Origin: Candidatus Kerfeldbacteria bacterium RIFCSPHIGHO2_12_FULL_48_17
Lineage (GTDB): Bacteria > Patescibacteriota > Patescibacteriia > HO2-48-17
Assembly: GCA_001818775.1 (NCBI GenBank)
Contig: MHKD01000011.1
Coordinates: forward strand, 1-47,387
Reading direction: 5' to 3'
DNA: 47,387 nt
Every line of letters starts with the position of its first letter. The first letter of the stretch is position 1. This document shows positions 37,845 through 47,387 of the stretch, piece by piece. A model generated the notes under the pieces. The model saw only the letters and a program-made list of their open reading frames with translations, did not search any database and was not told the DNA's origin. The position numbers were made by a program, and so were the translations under genes.

Positions 37845-38690
37845 ATGAAAAAAGAGTCAAAAAATAAGGTCATAGCCATTTTTGAGGGTCAAAAAATCCG
37901 TCGTCATTGGGATGAGGAAAAAGAACTGTGGTTTTTTTCTGTGATAGATGTGGCCAGAGTCTTAACAGGCAGCGTTGACGCCGGAGCCTATTGGAGAAAG
38001 CTAAAACAGAGGCTCAAAGAGGAGGGAAGCGAGATCGTGACAAAATGTCACGAACTGAAATTTTTGGCTAAAGACGGCAAATATTACCTCTCTGACGCCG
38101 CAGATACCGAAGTCATGCTTCGCCTGATTCAATCCATTCCATCCCCAAACGCCGAGCCCTTCAAGCTCTGGCTGGCGCGCGTCGGATACGAGCGACTGGA
38201 AGAAACCGCCGATCCGGAACTGGCAATCACCCGTGCCCTGAAAACCTATTTGCAAAAAGGCTACAGTCGTGAATGGATAAATCAACGGCTCAAGAGTATT
38301 GAAATTCGTAAAGCCATTACAGATGAATGGGAAAAACGCGGCGTGAAAGAGGGTTTGGAGTTTGCCATTCTGACCAACGAAATCACGCAGGCCTGGGCCG
38401 GTCTCACAACAAAGGAGTACAAAAATCTCAAAGGACTCAAAAAAGAAAATTTGCGGGATAATATGACCAATTTGGAGCTGGTTCTCAATATGCTGGCCGA
38501 AACAGCCACCACCGAAATTTCCGATACACGAGAACCAAAAAATTTGGATGAAAATAAAAACGTGGCTCGCGAAGGCGGAAGTGTGGCTGGCAACGCACGC
38601 AGAGAGATTGAAACCAAAACCGGACGCAAAGCAATCAGCAAAGACAATTTCAAAACCACAAAAAATAAGCGACTTCCCCAAGGTGAATAA
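37845..38690 (+). CDS. Bro-N domain protein (phage antirepressor-like)
   Basis: IRRHWDEEKELWFFSVIDV, QSIPSPNAEPFKLWLA, ENLRDNMT. Confidence 0.85.
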   Translation: MKKESKNKVIAIFEGQKIRRHWDEEKELWFFSVIDVARVLTGSVDAGAYWRKLKQRLKEEGSEIVTKCHELKFLAKDGKYYLSDAADTEVMLRLIQSIPSPNAEPFKLWLARVGYERLEETADPELAITRALKTYLQKGYSREWINQRLKSIEIRKAITDEWEKRGVKEGLEFAILTNEITQAWAGLTTKEYKNLKGLKKENLRDNMTNLELVLNMLAETATTEISDTREPKNLDENKNVAREGGSVAGNARREIETKTGRKAISKDNFKTTKNKRLPQGE

Positions 38691-38738
38691 TGAGTTATCG
38701 GCAGATTGTCGATAACTTACAGAGGATTCGCTGGAATC

Positions 38739-40430
38739 CTAGGCTATCGTTTTTTCATAACACGTTTCACAAAAAATCTTTTCCGTGCGTTCCGGCGCGT
38801 AGCTGGTTGCAAACTGATTACGGCATGGAGCCGCTTCCGCGTGATTATCATGACCAGCAAGAGTACACATGCACTGCCGCTGCCACAGTTGATTCGGATT
38901 ACGAAGCATCATCCGCCGCGCATGTCGGGCATCAGGATGCAAACGCGGCACCGGCACGCCGAGTTTTTTATACAACTCCAATTCCGGTTTGGTAATTTTA
39001 AAATTCTTACCGGTGACCTGGCAGGCAAGTACCTGGCCGCACAGCGAGTCATCAACTTCGCGCACATCATCAGCCACATCAGTCCACGACATCGTTTCTT
39101 TACCGGTAGTGAAGGGTAGCGAATCCGACCATTTCCAGCCCCGCGCCGTCACGGCGGCTTTTTCCAGAGGAAAATATTCCGCCGCCTGTGTTTCATTATA
39201 CGCCGACAACGCCAGCGCCACCGGCGGAAATTCACCATATTCACCGCTCGCACGCATATGTTCAATAATTCGCGCGCGCAAAGCCTTATATTCTTGCGCA
39301 CTGTATTGCTTGTTCAAAATGCAGTAGCTGTTGCGCCCATGCAAAGAAACGCAGCCAAACAATTCCGTCGAATTATGGCACTGATACGTATAATCAGCAA
39401 AACTCAAACCATATCCATACGAAGAAAATTTCACATTACTGGAATTCAAACCAACATTATTCACTTCATAGAGCCATTCACCGGTATTTCCAAACAACGA
39501 CACGTCCATACTGTCTTTCAAATGCAGCACGTCATGTGAATAGGCGCAGTTTTCCGAAAACTTTGCCGTAAACGACTGAAAACAATTTTTGCTGTTCAAA
39601 AAATAATCACCACTGCAGTCTTCGGAATTTTTTGCGTGTTGAAAACGACGCGGAAAGCCCAGCTTAAAGGTTTCAAAATCGCGCGCCAACGTGGTAACAG
39701 CCGCCGCCGAACCAAGGTTGAATTCACGCATCCGTTGTTCATATTCCTCGCGTGAGTATTGCACGTTCTTAATGCAGTATGATTTATTCCGTAAACCCAC
39801 GCTCATAAAACAATTCTGACAGCCGCGGCAGTCATACAAAAACGCACTGTCAACACAATCGCTCGAATTTTGCGAATAGCGCAGGTTGTAACATTTGAAA
39901 CATTCTTCACATTCATAACACTGCTCACATTCATTGCAGTGTGAACAATCCAGACAGTCACGACTTTTCTGCAACCAATACGAATAGTAGCAATTTTCAT
40001 TAAAGCTGCTGCAAAAAACGAGATAAACATTTTTGTTGTTGCCGGCAGCATGCGCATAGTCACTGTTTTCACAGTTCGACTGCAGCAAAGCCGGCATCGG
40101 CGTGGCGTACAAAACTTCCTGCCACTGATCAAAAAACGGCCGCGCAAAATCAAAGTCACGTCCGTTGTCCAGCGGGTTCCACGTGTCTGACCGCCAACAC
40201 GTTATGCAGTAGACTGGCCAAGGTGTGCCAGCCGGATAAATACTGACGATGCTTTTCTGACACAAATCACAGCTGCGCTTATACAACACCCGTTCATTGC
40301 GCCAGGCCATGCGCCGCTGACGGCGACAGGAAGGACACAAAGTTGGCTCAGGAACCGCCAGCTTCTGGTAAAATTCACGGTCCTGAGCGCGCGGTTCAAA
40401 TGATTGTTGACACTGAAGGCATGATTTCAT
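38739..40430 (-). CDS. Cys-rich hypothetical protein with zinc-ribbon termini (family common in CPR)
   Basis: CLQC..PTLCPSCRRQRRMAWRNER, many NC/DC repeats, YCILNKQYS, FCETCY. Confidence 0.8.
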   Translation of the reverse strand: MKSCLQCQQSFEPRAQDREFYQKLAVPEPTLCPSCRRQRRMAWRNERVLYKRSCDLCQKSIVSIYPAGTPWPVYCITCWRSDTWNPLDNGRDFDFARPFFDQWQEVLYATPMPALLQSNCENSDYAHAAGNNKNVYLVFCSSFNENCYYSYWLQKSRDCLDCSHCNECEQCYECEECFKCYNLRYSQNSSDCVDSAFLYDCRGCQNCFMSVGLRNKSYCIKNVQYSREEYEQRMREFNLGSAAAVTTLARDFETFKLGFPRRFQHAKNSEDCSGDYFLNSKNCFQSFTAKFSENCAYSHDVLHLKDSMDVSLFGNTGEWLYEVNNVGLNSSNVKFSSYGYGLSFADYTYQCHNSTELFGCVSLHGRNSYCILNKQYSAQEYKALRARIIEHMRASGEYGEFPPVALALSAYNETQAAEYFPLEKAAVTARGWKWSDSLPFTTGKETMSWTDVADDVREVDDSLCGQVLACQVTGKNFKITKPELELYKKLGVPVPRLHPDARHARRMMLRNPNQLWQRQCMCTLAGHDNHAEAAPCRNQFATSYAPERTEKIFCETCYEKTIA

Positions 40431-40576
40431 AAGGGCACTCTAACACAACCATAAGCGGTAGTAAAATTTTAAGTGAGGCTAAATTTTTCGTGCAAAGCTC
40501 TTCGTTAGACAGAACAGGTGAAGAAATTGTATAATTTCTCCATGACAGATACACTTACAAAATCAAAAAAATAAAT

Positions 40577-41803
40577 ATGAGAAAAATTTTTTTACTTGCG
40601 GGCATGGTGGCGATTCTTTTTATCGTTGCGCCTCCAGATGTTGGGGCCGAAGTCTATGACCTGGACGCGCTGACTGGTGGAACGGATGATCAGAATACCG
40701 ACGGAAGTGCGGTTGAGACTGCCGATGACGGTGCGGACGATCAGGCTGATCAAGACGCCGGCGCTGATACAGGCGATGATGCGGCTGTTGACACCAACAC
40801 AGACACACCAACCAATGCCAACATCAGCACCGGCGAAGAAGGTGAAGAAACGGATGAAACCGCCGTCACTATGGCTGAGTGCATCATTTTCCAAAGATTG
40901 GAGATTTACGACCGTCGCTGCGATGAGCTCACGCGCGGACTCGACTGTCCCAACTATGCAGAATGTCTGCAAACGTGCGAGCAGGATAAAAAGATCTGTT
41001 TTGTGGTGGTTGCGAAAAAGACAGATCAGCCGTACAAAGTTTGCAGCAACTACTATAATACCTGTACAGATCGTTGCTCTGCCCTGAATCCGCAGTGCAG
41101 TAAAAAATACCCACCGCGAAACATGGAGGGCACCGTGAAAGAGCTCAACCTCACCAACTCCACCGGCGATGTCCGTGTCACTTACCTCGACAATCCCACA
41201 CCGGCGGGCATGGAGGAAGTAACGGACAACCGAGCCATTCAGGTGGGCGCAACTATCTTTACGGGCGAAAAAGGTTCCACCACCGTCGTCCTGCCGAGCG
41301 GTATCACGCAGGTTATCGGTCCGAATTCCTATTTCCGCATCGCCGATTATTACACCGGCGACAATGTTGATGAAACCTACACCATACTCAAAAACGGAAG
41401 CGTCCGGACGAAAATAGACAAACAGGGCGATAAAACCGTGGAATATGTGGTTATCACACCACTGTGGAAGGTCGAAGCCAAAGGCACGGAATTTGAACTC
41501 ACGGTCGAAGCCAATGGCACGACGCAGCTGACAACGGACTCCGGCGAAGTGCAGCTCCGCGATCACGAAGATCAGCTCGTTGCCGCAGTTCCGGCCGGTG
41601 AAAGCATCACTACGGACGGATCGGGTAGTATCAGCGCAAACAGTGAAGGCGTGTTTTTTCCGAGTAAATGGGCATATTACAAAGACGCTTACGGCACAAT
41701 CGCGCTCGTGGTCGGAGTCGTCGGAGTGATTTTGTTGGTGGTGATTATTTTACTTCTTTGGCACAGCCGGCGCAAAATACAACGGAAAAAACGCCGGATC
41801 TGA
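40577..41803 (+). CDS. Surface protein: signal peptide, acidic linker, Cys-rich segment, FecR-like domain, C-terminal TM anchor
   Basis: IFTGEKGS..IGPNS..GSVR..ITP..VEAKGTEF FecR-like pattern; TM followed by basic tail. Confidence 0.7.
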   Translation: MRKIFLLAGMVAILFIVAPPDVGAEVYDLDALTGGTDDQNTDGSAVETADDGADDQADQDAGADTGDDAAVDTNTDTPTNANISTGEEGEETDETAVTMAECIIFQRLEIYDRRCDELTRGLDCPNYAECLQTCEQDKKICFVVVAKKTDQPYKVCSNYYNTCTDRCSALNPQCSKKYPPRNMEGTVKELNLTNSTGDVRVTYLDNPTPAGMEEVTDNRAIQVGATIFTGEKGSTTVVLPSGITQVIGPNSYFRIADYYTGDNVDETYTILKNGSVRTKIDKQGDKTVEYVVITPLWKVEAKGTEFELTVEANGTTQLTTDSGEVQLRDHEDQLVAAVPAGESITTDGSGSISANSEGVFFPSKWAYYKDAYGTIALVVGVVGVILLVVIILLLWHSRRKIQRKKRRI

Positions 41804-41905
41804 CAGTTTGATCTCAAATGAGAGATGCTGTCGAAAAAAACAAAAAGGCCAGGGATATAGAGAATATTCACTGGTCTTTTTTATTAAGAACGTTCGAAGG
41901 GGCCG

Positions 41906-42646
41906 TTAAAATTTGTACAAACCCCCCTTTACTGATAATTTCGCAAGATAGGCTGCAACACTCTCTTCCTGGCTATAGCCTAAAACGACGGCGGCCTTCT
42001 GCGCATGCGCCTTACGGAGGACGATCAGCGTTTTCGCAATAGCGATTTCCGTACGGACTTTGAGTAAAATACCGCTTAAAAGCGCCAGGTGAGTCGCTTC
42101 ATCCTGGCCGGCAGGAGAATAATCAAGAAGCGCCAGGTACAGTCGAAGCAGATGCTCATCCTCTGCTCCTATAAATGTGGTGCCGCACATGTCACGGCAG
42201 TACACGAGAAAACCTATGACCCCATCAAGCGATGAATTTTTCGAAAGAAAATCCACGGCCTGCAGAGGAGTCATTCCATCTCCCTTTTGTTCGGCGGCCA
42301 AGGCCATCTTTTGAGCGAGCGACTCAAATGTATACCTCTCAAGTGAGCTGCCTGCCTGGGAAATAACGGCATAAGTCGCTTCCTGAAAAAATCTTTTCAT
42401 GGCAAGCTGATCCGCCTCGACATCCTCAAGTGTGGCCGGTATCTTGTTCCCGATATCAAGGCTATGCTGCAAAAAAACATCAAGGGAGATATCCTTATTT
42501 TCTCCAGCCACGAAGGGCGCGTCAGTAAGAATATTTTTGTAATCGTCCATGTGCTCACTAACAGCGCCCAGAGCGTCGGCAAGATCGCTGTATTTCATGT
42601 TGACAGACTTTTCGGCCAGATTGACAGCAGCAGGCTTATATGGCAT
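41906..42646 (-). CDS. Hypothetical protein (start uncertain)
   Basis: Long ORF filling the gap; no motif recognised. Confidence 0.5.
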   Translation of the reverse strand: MPYKPAAVNLAEKSVNMKYSDLADALGAVSEHMDDYKNILTDAPFVAGENKDISLDVFLQHSLDIGNKIPATLEDVEADQLAMKRFFQEATYAVISQAGSSLERYTFESLAQKMALAAEQKGDGMTPLQAVDFLSKNSSLDGVIGFLVYCRDMCGTTFIGAEDEHLLRLYLALLDYSPAGQDEATHLALLSGILLKVRTEIAIAKTLIVLRKAHAQKAAVVLGYSQEESVAAYLAKLSVKGGLYKF

Positions 42647-42751
42647 GATGTGGCGGTTACTGGATGTTCCAGTGACTTTTTGCAAAATTGAACAGAAAAA
42701 TTCGAGTCCGCAAAAAATCAATGCGGCTCATTGAAAAAAGAGGGAAAGGTT

Positions 42752-43960
42752 ATGAAGACTATTGCGAGTTTTTTCGATGCGGTTATTGGAATGATGATGG
42801 GGTGGTTGCGTGATATGACGGTGATGGGGTTTTGGGTGTTGGCCCTAAGCCTCATGATTTTTTCGGGTATAGTGTGTATTGGGAAGATACCGGCTGAGGC
42901 GCAGGAGGCAGAACAGAAGCAGGTGACGGTTGTAGAAAAAGCGCCGGAACCATGCCCGGCAGGATTTGAGGATGTCAGCTTTATCGAGGACCCTTATGGA
43001 GTATACGCTCCCCAAATGGGGCGATACATTTACGTATGGGATTACTCGAATCCCATGAACCAAACGAGGATGCAGGCCGCCGGAAAAGCCATGAAGGGAG
43101 AGAGCTTTGAGGAAGTCTGCGGCTGCCAATACGGTGAACAGATTATGTTTTGGCTCAATGGCGCTTGGGAACGATTTTTTGTTCCGATTGAGTGGACAGT
43201 TCCCGATTACGAAGCGTTTCAGAAAAAAGCCGCAGCTGCTTGGAAGGACAACCAGCAAGAATTTATTCCCGGGTGGCCCAAGGAACTGGCACTTGGGATC
43301 GAGGATGAAAATCTGGGTATTTGGATGCTCGGTGAAAATGAACGGTGGTTTAACCACCAATTATTCTACAACGACCGCTATGATGCCCTGCGGTTCACTC
43401 TCGGGTTCTACGCCCAGTATTCCTTCAAGGTAGCCGGGACCAGGGTATTAAGGTTTGCTGCCCTGGGGATGAAGTATAAAACCCGCTCTTCCTTCCTCAA
43501 TGGCACTGAGTTAGGGTATGTGGACATGCTGACTATGATTCGCAGCCGGGTGGGAAGGAAAGTACTCGGTGTCATGGCCAAGGTACTCGAAAAACCGGAA
43601 AAGGTTCGCCTGCTGCGCCAGCAAAGCCTATTTTTTGAGGAATTCAACCCCTTGACGTCCAACACGCTGCGCTATTTAAGGGACGTTTTCGGGAAAGAAA
43701 AACTTGAGACTGAGATACAAACAGCCTACTGCGCTGCCAAAACTTTCGATCCCAACAAGATCAAAGCCGGCGCTGAGTACAGCAAGGCCATAAAATTGTT
43801 TGGGTACTGGCCCGCTTGGTTGGCGCGGCGCACCAACGGCCTCAACGATTTGGGCGCCTACGAGCCCAAGAAAAATTGGAAGGAGATCAGCAAAGAGCTG
43901 GAGCTCCTTTTTGAAAAATTTATCACGCATGCAGGGCTTGGCCTGCAGAAATGCCCATGA
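42752..43960 (+). CDS. Hypothetical membrane-anchored protein
   Basis: About 400-aa ORF, purine-rich RBS, N-terminal TM, followed by a hairpin and T-run. Confidence 0.7.
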   Translation: MKTIASFFDAVIGMMMGWLRDMTVMGFWVLALSLMIFSGIVCIGKIPAEAQEAEQKQVTVVEKAPEPCPAGFEDVSFIEDPYGVYAPQMGRYIYVWDYSNPMNQTRMQAAGKAMKGESFEEVCGCQYGEQIMFWLNGAWERFFVPIEWTVPDYEAFQKKAAAAWKDNQQEFIPGWPKELALGIEDENLGIWMLGENERWFNHQLFYNDRYDALRFTLGFYAQYSFKVAGTRVLRFAALGMKYKTRSSFLNGTELGYVDMLTMIRSRVGRKVLGVMAKVLEKPEKVRLLRQQSLFFEEFNPLTSNTLRYLRDVFGKEKLETEIQTAYCAAKTFDPNKIKAGAEYSKAIKLFGYWPAWLARRTNGLNDLGAYEPKKNWKEISKELELLFEKFITHAGLGLQKCP

Positions 43961-44064
43961 AGAGGTTGGATTCGGAACCTTATACCTCTCTTGAGGTCGC
44001 ACGGGGGCGACCAGTCTGCGAGAGGCACAAGGCTTCCGAATCAAAATATATGGCACACTATAGA

Positions 44065-44100
44065 GAATACGCACATGGAGGTATGCGTATTCTTTTTTTT
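44065..44100 (+). terminator. Rho-independent terminator
   Basis: GAATACGCA...TGCGTATTC followed by a T-run. Confidence 0.65.
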
Positions 44101-44253
44101 GGGAAAAATATTGGAAAAGCAAAAATTTTGACAAAAAGAAAAGCGATACGTGAAAGGGTATCGCTGAGGGAAGGAAAGGTTCGAGAGGAGGTCGGTATAA
44201 GGAACCGACAAAAGGAGAAGGAAAGTGCAGGGGAAAAGAAAGGGGGAGCGAAA

Positions 44254-45159
44254 TTATTCGCAATCGTCACCTACGCCATTGGCATCGTCATCGGTTTGCA
44301 GCCAATTGGAAGTTTGCGGGCAGTTGTCGCAGGCATCACCGAAGCCGTCGCCGTCAAAATCAGCCTGATCAGGATTGGAAATAACTTTGCAATTATCGCA
44401 GGCATCGCCAACTTCATCGGTATCATCATCAGTTTGTTCAACGTTGATGTTGAAATCACAATTATCGATGTCATTATTGATGCCATCAAGATCCCAATCG
44501 TTTTCCCAATCGCAGGCGTCACCAACTTTATCGCCGTCGGTATCAGCTTGATCAGGATTGACCATATCAGGACAATTGTCAGTGGGTTGGCAGATGCCGT
44601 CGTTGTCGTAATCGACACAATCGTCACAAGCATCGTCAACACCGTCGTTGTCCCAGTCACCGCCAAAATCATCAGCATTGGGACAGCTGTCGCAGACATC
44701 GCCACGGTAATCTTCATCTTCATCAGCCTGATCGGCATTGGCAATCATGTAACAGTTGTCACAATAATCACCAACTTTATCGTCATCGGCATCGAATTGG
44801 TCTTGATTATAGTATTCAGGGCAGTTGTCTGCATCGTTGAGAATTGTGTCGTTATCAATGTCGTCGTCACAGGCGTTGCCCATTTCATCGTCATCCCAAT
44901 TGTATTGATCTGCATTGGCAACATTAGGGCAATTGTCATCGACATCGACAACTTCATCGCCATCAACATCCTGACAAGCATCTCCTAAAGGATTATTTTT
45001 GTCAGTATCTTCTTGACCAGGGTTGGCATCATAGACGCAGTTGTCAGCTTGATTGCTGACGCCATCGCCATCAAGGTCGGCCAAGTAGCAGCTGGGTGCT
45101 GCGAAAAGGATTGTGGAAAAGAGAACAACGATTGTTGCGAGAATTTGATTTGTTTTCAT
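44254..45159 (-). CDS. Secreted thrombospondin type 3 (Ca-binding) repeat protein
   Basis: Signal peptide followed by tandem DNC...N.DQ.D.D.D..GDAC units. Confidence 0.88.
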   Translation of the reverse strand: MKTNQILATIVVLFSTILFAAPSCYLADLDGDGVSNQADNCVYDANPGQEDTDKNNPLGDACQDVDGDEVVDVDDNCPNVANADQYNWDDDEMGNACDDDIDNDTILNDADNCPEYYNQDQFDADDDKVGDYCDNCYMIANADQADEDEDYRGDVCDSCPNADDFGGDWDNDGVDDACDDCVDYDNDGICQPTDNCPDMVNPDQADTDGDKVGDACDWENDWDLDGINNDIDNCDFNINVEQTDDDTDEVGDACDNCKVISNPDQADFDGDGFGDACDNCPQTSNWLQTDDDANGVGDDCE

Positions 45160-45457
45160 GACAAAATCTCCATGCCCGAATTACGTCGGGGCCGCGATAT
45201 AGATTTTCAAAGAAACAATTTCTTTATTTGGTTTGGTATTTTTTGAGCAGTTTTTCATCGACTGCTCGTGATATAATACGACACCCCCACCCCACCATTA
45301 CACTTTCCATAATTTTGGCTAATATAAAGCAAAAAAAAACGTAAAGAATACGTCAAAAATCAGCCCGCCACCGCGCCCATTTTCGCCACTACAGCCAAAT
45401 ATTGCTATACTTACGGAAATAGTCTCCCTAACATTAAAAAGGCTTCACGCCACCACT

Positions 45458-46435
45458 ATGCCAAAACAAAAGTCAGCCGCGCCAAAAAATGCCGGCAAAA
45501 AAAGCAGCGGTCCCAAAAGTGTCTTCCTCCACATCCTCATGATCGTGCTCCTCTATATGAGCATCATCAGCAGCATCACCGTCATTTTCCAGTACATTAA
45601 CATTCTCCTTCCCGATCCACTCGGCTACGATTCGCAAGCAACCATCTTCAACAGTATTCGTTTGTCAAGCGCTGTACTCCTCATCGCTTTTCCCGTGTTT
45701 CTCTATGTCGCCCATCTCATCAACAAAGACATGGCCGGCAACAGCGACATTCAACAATCAAAATCGCGTCGTTGGTTGCTGCACTTCACCATCTTTGCCA
45801 CCGCGCTCACCATTATCATTGACCTCATCACGCTCGTCTATAATTTTTACAGCGGCGATCTGCAGACCAACTTTCTCCTCAAGGTCCTGACCGTCATCGT
45901 CATTGCCGCCGCCGTACTTGGCTACTACCGTTTTGAACTCAACCGTACTGATCCCAAAAGTCACACCGTAAAAATTTCAGCCATCATCGCCAGCGTGCTG
46001 ATTGCCATAACCATCATCGCCGGATTTTTTGTGGCGGGGACACCGGAAACACAGAGGCAGGTGCGATTTGATTATCAACGTATAAATGATTTACAGAGTA
46101 TCCAATCACAGGTGGTTTTTTACTGGCAACAAAAAAAGACACTCCCGGCCAATTTCGAAGCACTCGCAAGTGGAGTCGATGGTTTTATCGCAGCAAAAGA
46201 TCCGGAAACACAAGAGGATTATGAATATGAAAAGATAAGTGATCTGAAGTTCAAACTTTGTGCCGACTTTGATACATTATTGGAGCAATTCGAGGGTACT
46301 CTTGAACCCTCTCCATATAGCAACCCTGAATTAAAGGGAAGTCAGAGTTGGTATCATCCTGCCGGAAGACATTGCTTCACGCGCGAAATTGATCCGACAC
46401 TTGATAGCTCGAACGCGGGAAAAGTGCCGCTGTAA
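45458..46435 (+). CDS. DUF5671-like membrane protein
   Basis: Five TM segments, FPVFL, GTPETQRQVRFDYQRINDLQSI, DPET..YEY..LCA.F. Confidence 0.75.
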   Translation: MPKQKSAAPKNAGKKSSGPKSVFLHILMIVLLYMSIISSITVIFQYINILLPDPLGYDSQATIFNSIRLSSAVLLIAFPVFLYVAHLINKDMAGNSDIQQSKSRRWLLHFTIFATALTIIIDLITLVYNFYSGDLQTNFLLKVLTVIVIAAAVLGYYRFELNRTDPKSHTVKISAIIASVLIAITIIAGFFVAGTPETQRQVRFDYQRINDLQSIQSQVVFYWQQKKTLPANFEALASGVDGFIAAKDPETQEDYEYEKISDLKFKLCADFDTLLEQFEGTLEPSPYSNPELKGSQSWYHPAGRHCFTREIDPTLDSSNAGKVPL

Positions 46436-46460
46436 ATCGGCAACAACCGCGGTTAAAATA

Positions 46461-46503
46461 AAAACTCACTTCCTAAACGTCCTAAACGCGGGAAGTGAGT
46501 TTT
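46461..46503. terminator. Bidirectional terminator-like 13-bp inverted repeat
   Basis: AAAACTCACTTCC...GGAAGTGAGTTTT between convergent genes. Confidence 0.6.
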
Positions 46504-46895
46504 CCTTTTATACTTGTGAGCGCCAACCAACCAAAGCTGCGGCTGTCTTCACTGCCGGTGTCGACTGCGCCTTCAATCCACAACGTCCGTTCACCGCTGG
46601 CCGTCACTTTAATATTCCGTACGAATTTAATAATTTCGATCCGGCGAAAGGGGTGATCAGCCAGCACATAATCACCAACCATAATCGCTCCCGATTTTCC
46701 GGATGCCGAATCCAGTGTCTGAAAAAAAACCGTATCACCATCGCGCAAAAACGGCTGCAAAGAAGAACCCACGACACGCCGCCGCTGCCGCCGGCCGCGC
46801 AGCCACAACACAAAGTCAGACAAACGGAAACGGGGTAAAGGGGGTAATGGGTCGTTGTCCTGGCGCGGGAGCAGATGCGAGCGGGGATTTTTCAT
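46482..46895 (-). CDS. sodX: Nickel SOD maturation protease (S26 family)
   Basis: VVGSSLQP (Ser), IIK (Lys), SEDSRSFG; directly downstream of sodN. Confidence 0.85.
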   Translation of the reverse strand: MKNPRSHLLPRQDNDPLPPLPRFRLSDFVLWLRGRRQRRRVVGSSLQPFLRDGDTVFFQTLDSASGKSGAIMVGDYVLADHPFRRIEIIKFVRNIKVTASGERTLWIEGAVDTGSEDSRSFGWLALTSIKGKLTSRV

Positions 46896-46922
46896 GTCGG
46901 TAGATGTCGATCGCCACAGCGT

Positions 46923-47387
46923 CTAAACCACCGCCGTCATCCACGGTACTTCACGATTTTTGGTGGTCCAAAACATTTCATGAACTTTTTTCACTGCAGC
47001 AAGGAGTTCCTGGGCGTGTTCGCCGCTGATTTCATGTTTGCAGGCCGAAGCAGCTTTGGCCGCCATCCAAAAAGTTTCATGTAAATCCGGAAATTTGGCC
47101 ACATGTTCCGGTTTAAAATAATCCGTCCACAGCACGAGTAAATGATGCTTGGCGTTTTCGGCTTCGTCTTCTTTGATACGGATATAGCGCGTCAACGTAT
47201 TGAAATAGGCCAGATCAGCTGCCGGGTCACCACCTGCGGCGGGGCGCTTCAGTTCCAGGATTTTTTTTGTCATTGCGACAACAGCTTCAGCCGCCACGCG
47301 GGCCTGAGCCGGGTCATAGACACCACACGGGCCATCGCAGTGGGCATGCACCACGGCCGCCGGCGAGATTTTTTCCAGCGCTGAAAA
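46923..47387 (-). CDS. sodN: Nickel superoxide dismutase (5' end outside the window)
   Basis: Ni-hook HCDGPCGVYDPA, VLWTDYFKP; frame open to the window edge (FSALEKISPAAVVHA propeptide). Confidence 0.95.
   Translation of the reverse strand, partial: FSALEKISPAAVVHAHCDGPCGVYDPAQARVAAEAVVAMTKKILELKRPAAGGDPAADLAYFNTLTRYIRIKEDEAENAKHHLLVLWTDYFKPEHVAKFPDLHETFWMAAKAASACKHEISGEHAQELLAAVKKVHEMFWTTKNREVPWMTAVV

Noticed and set aside
40592-41566. 324-aa minus-strand ORF
   Set aside because: Antisense shadow of the FecR-like surface protein
44150-44250. Strongly purine-rich intergenic tract
   Set aside because: No convincing ORF or structure beyond one short hairpin; no function can be supported
43951-44988. 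345-aa Ile/Val-rich ORF
   Set aside because: Antisense shadow of the Asp-rich TSP3 repeat gene
44254-45159. Repetitive DNA as a CRISPR array
   Set aside because: Degenerate in-frame protein repeats; no identical repeat-spacer pattern or cas genes anywhere in the window

Overview
Bacterial chromosomal window (genetic code 11). The gene repertoire suggests Patescibacteria/CPR, but this is an inference. Core genes (clpB, prmC, prfA, rpmE, rpsB, tsf, rpmG, five tRNAs) alternate with AT-richer accessory blocks. Highlights: (1) a compact RiPP-like locus at about 13.4-16.3 kb, with a radical SAM/SPASM enzyme carrying a C-terminal RRE-like domain, an unannotated 53-aa double-glycine Cys-rich precursor (15230-15391, missed by the ORF track) and a HEXXH metallopeptidase, bracketed by 121-bp near-perfect direct repeats and next to an archaeal/eukaryote-like MetRS; (2) a candidate lipid/aminoketone signalling cluster at 2.7-12.7 kb (acyl-CoA ligase, two tandem kinase-less 7TM receptors, alpha-oxoamine synthase, SDR remnant, 7TM histidine kinase, response regulator, esterase); (3) two HTH/LAGLIDADG-like genes whose stop codons lie inside downstream tRNA genes, plus palindromic elements and an att-like duplication at tRNAs; (4) an accessory region after tRNA-Asp (RhuM, Bro-N, TSP3-repeat proteins) ending in nickel SOD sodN/sodX.
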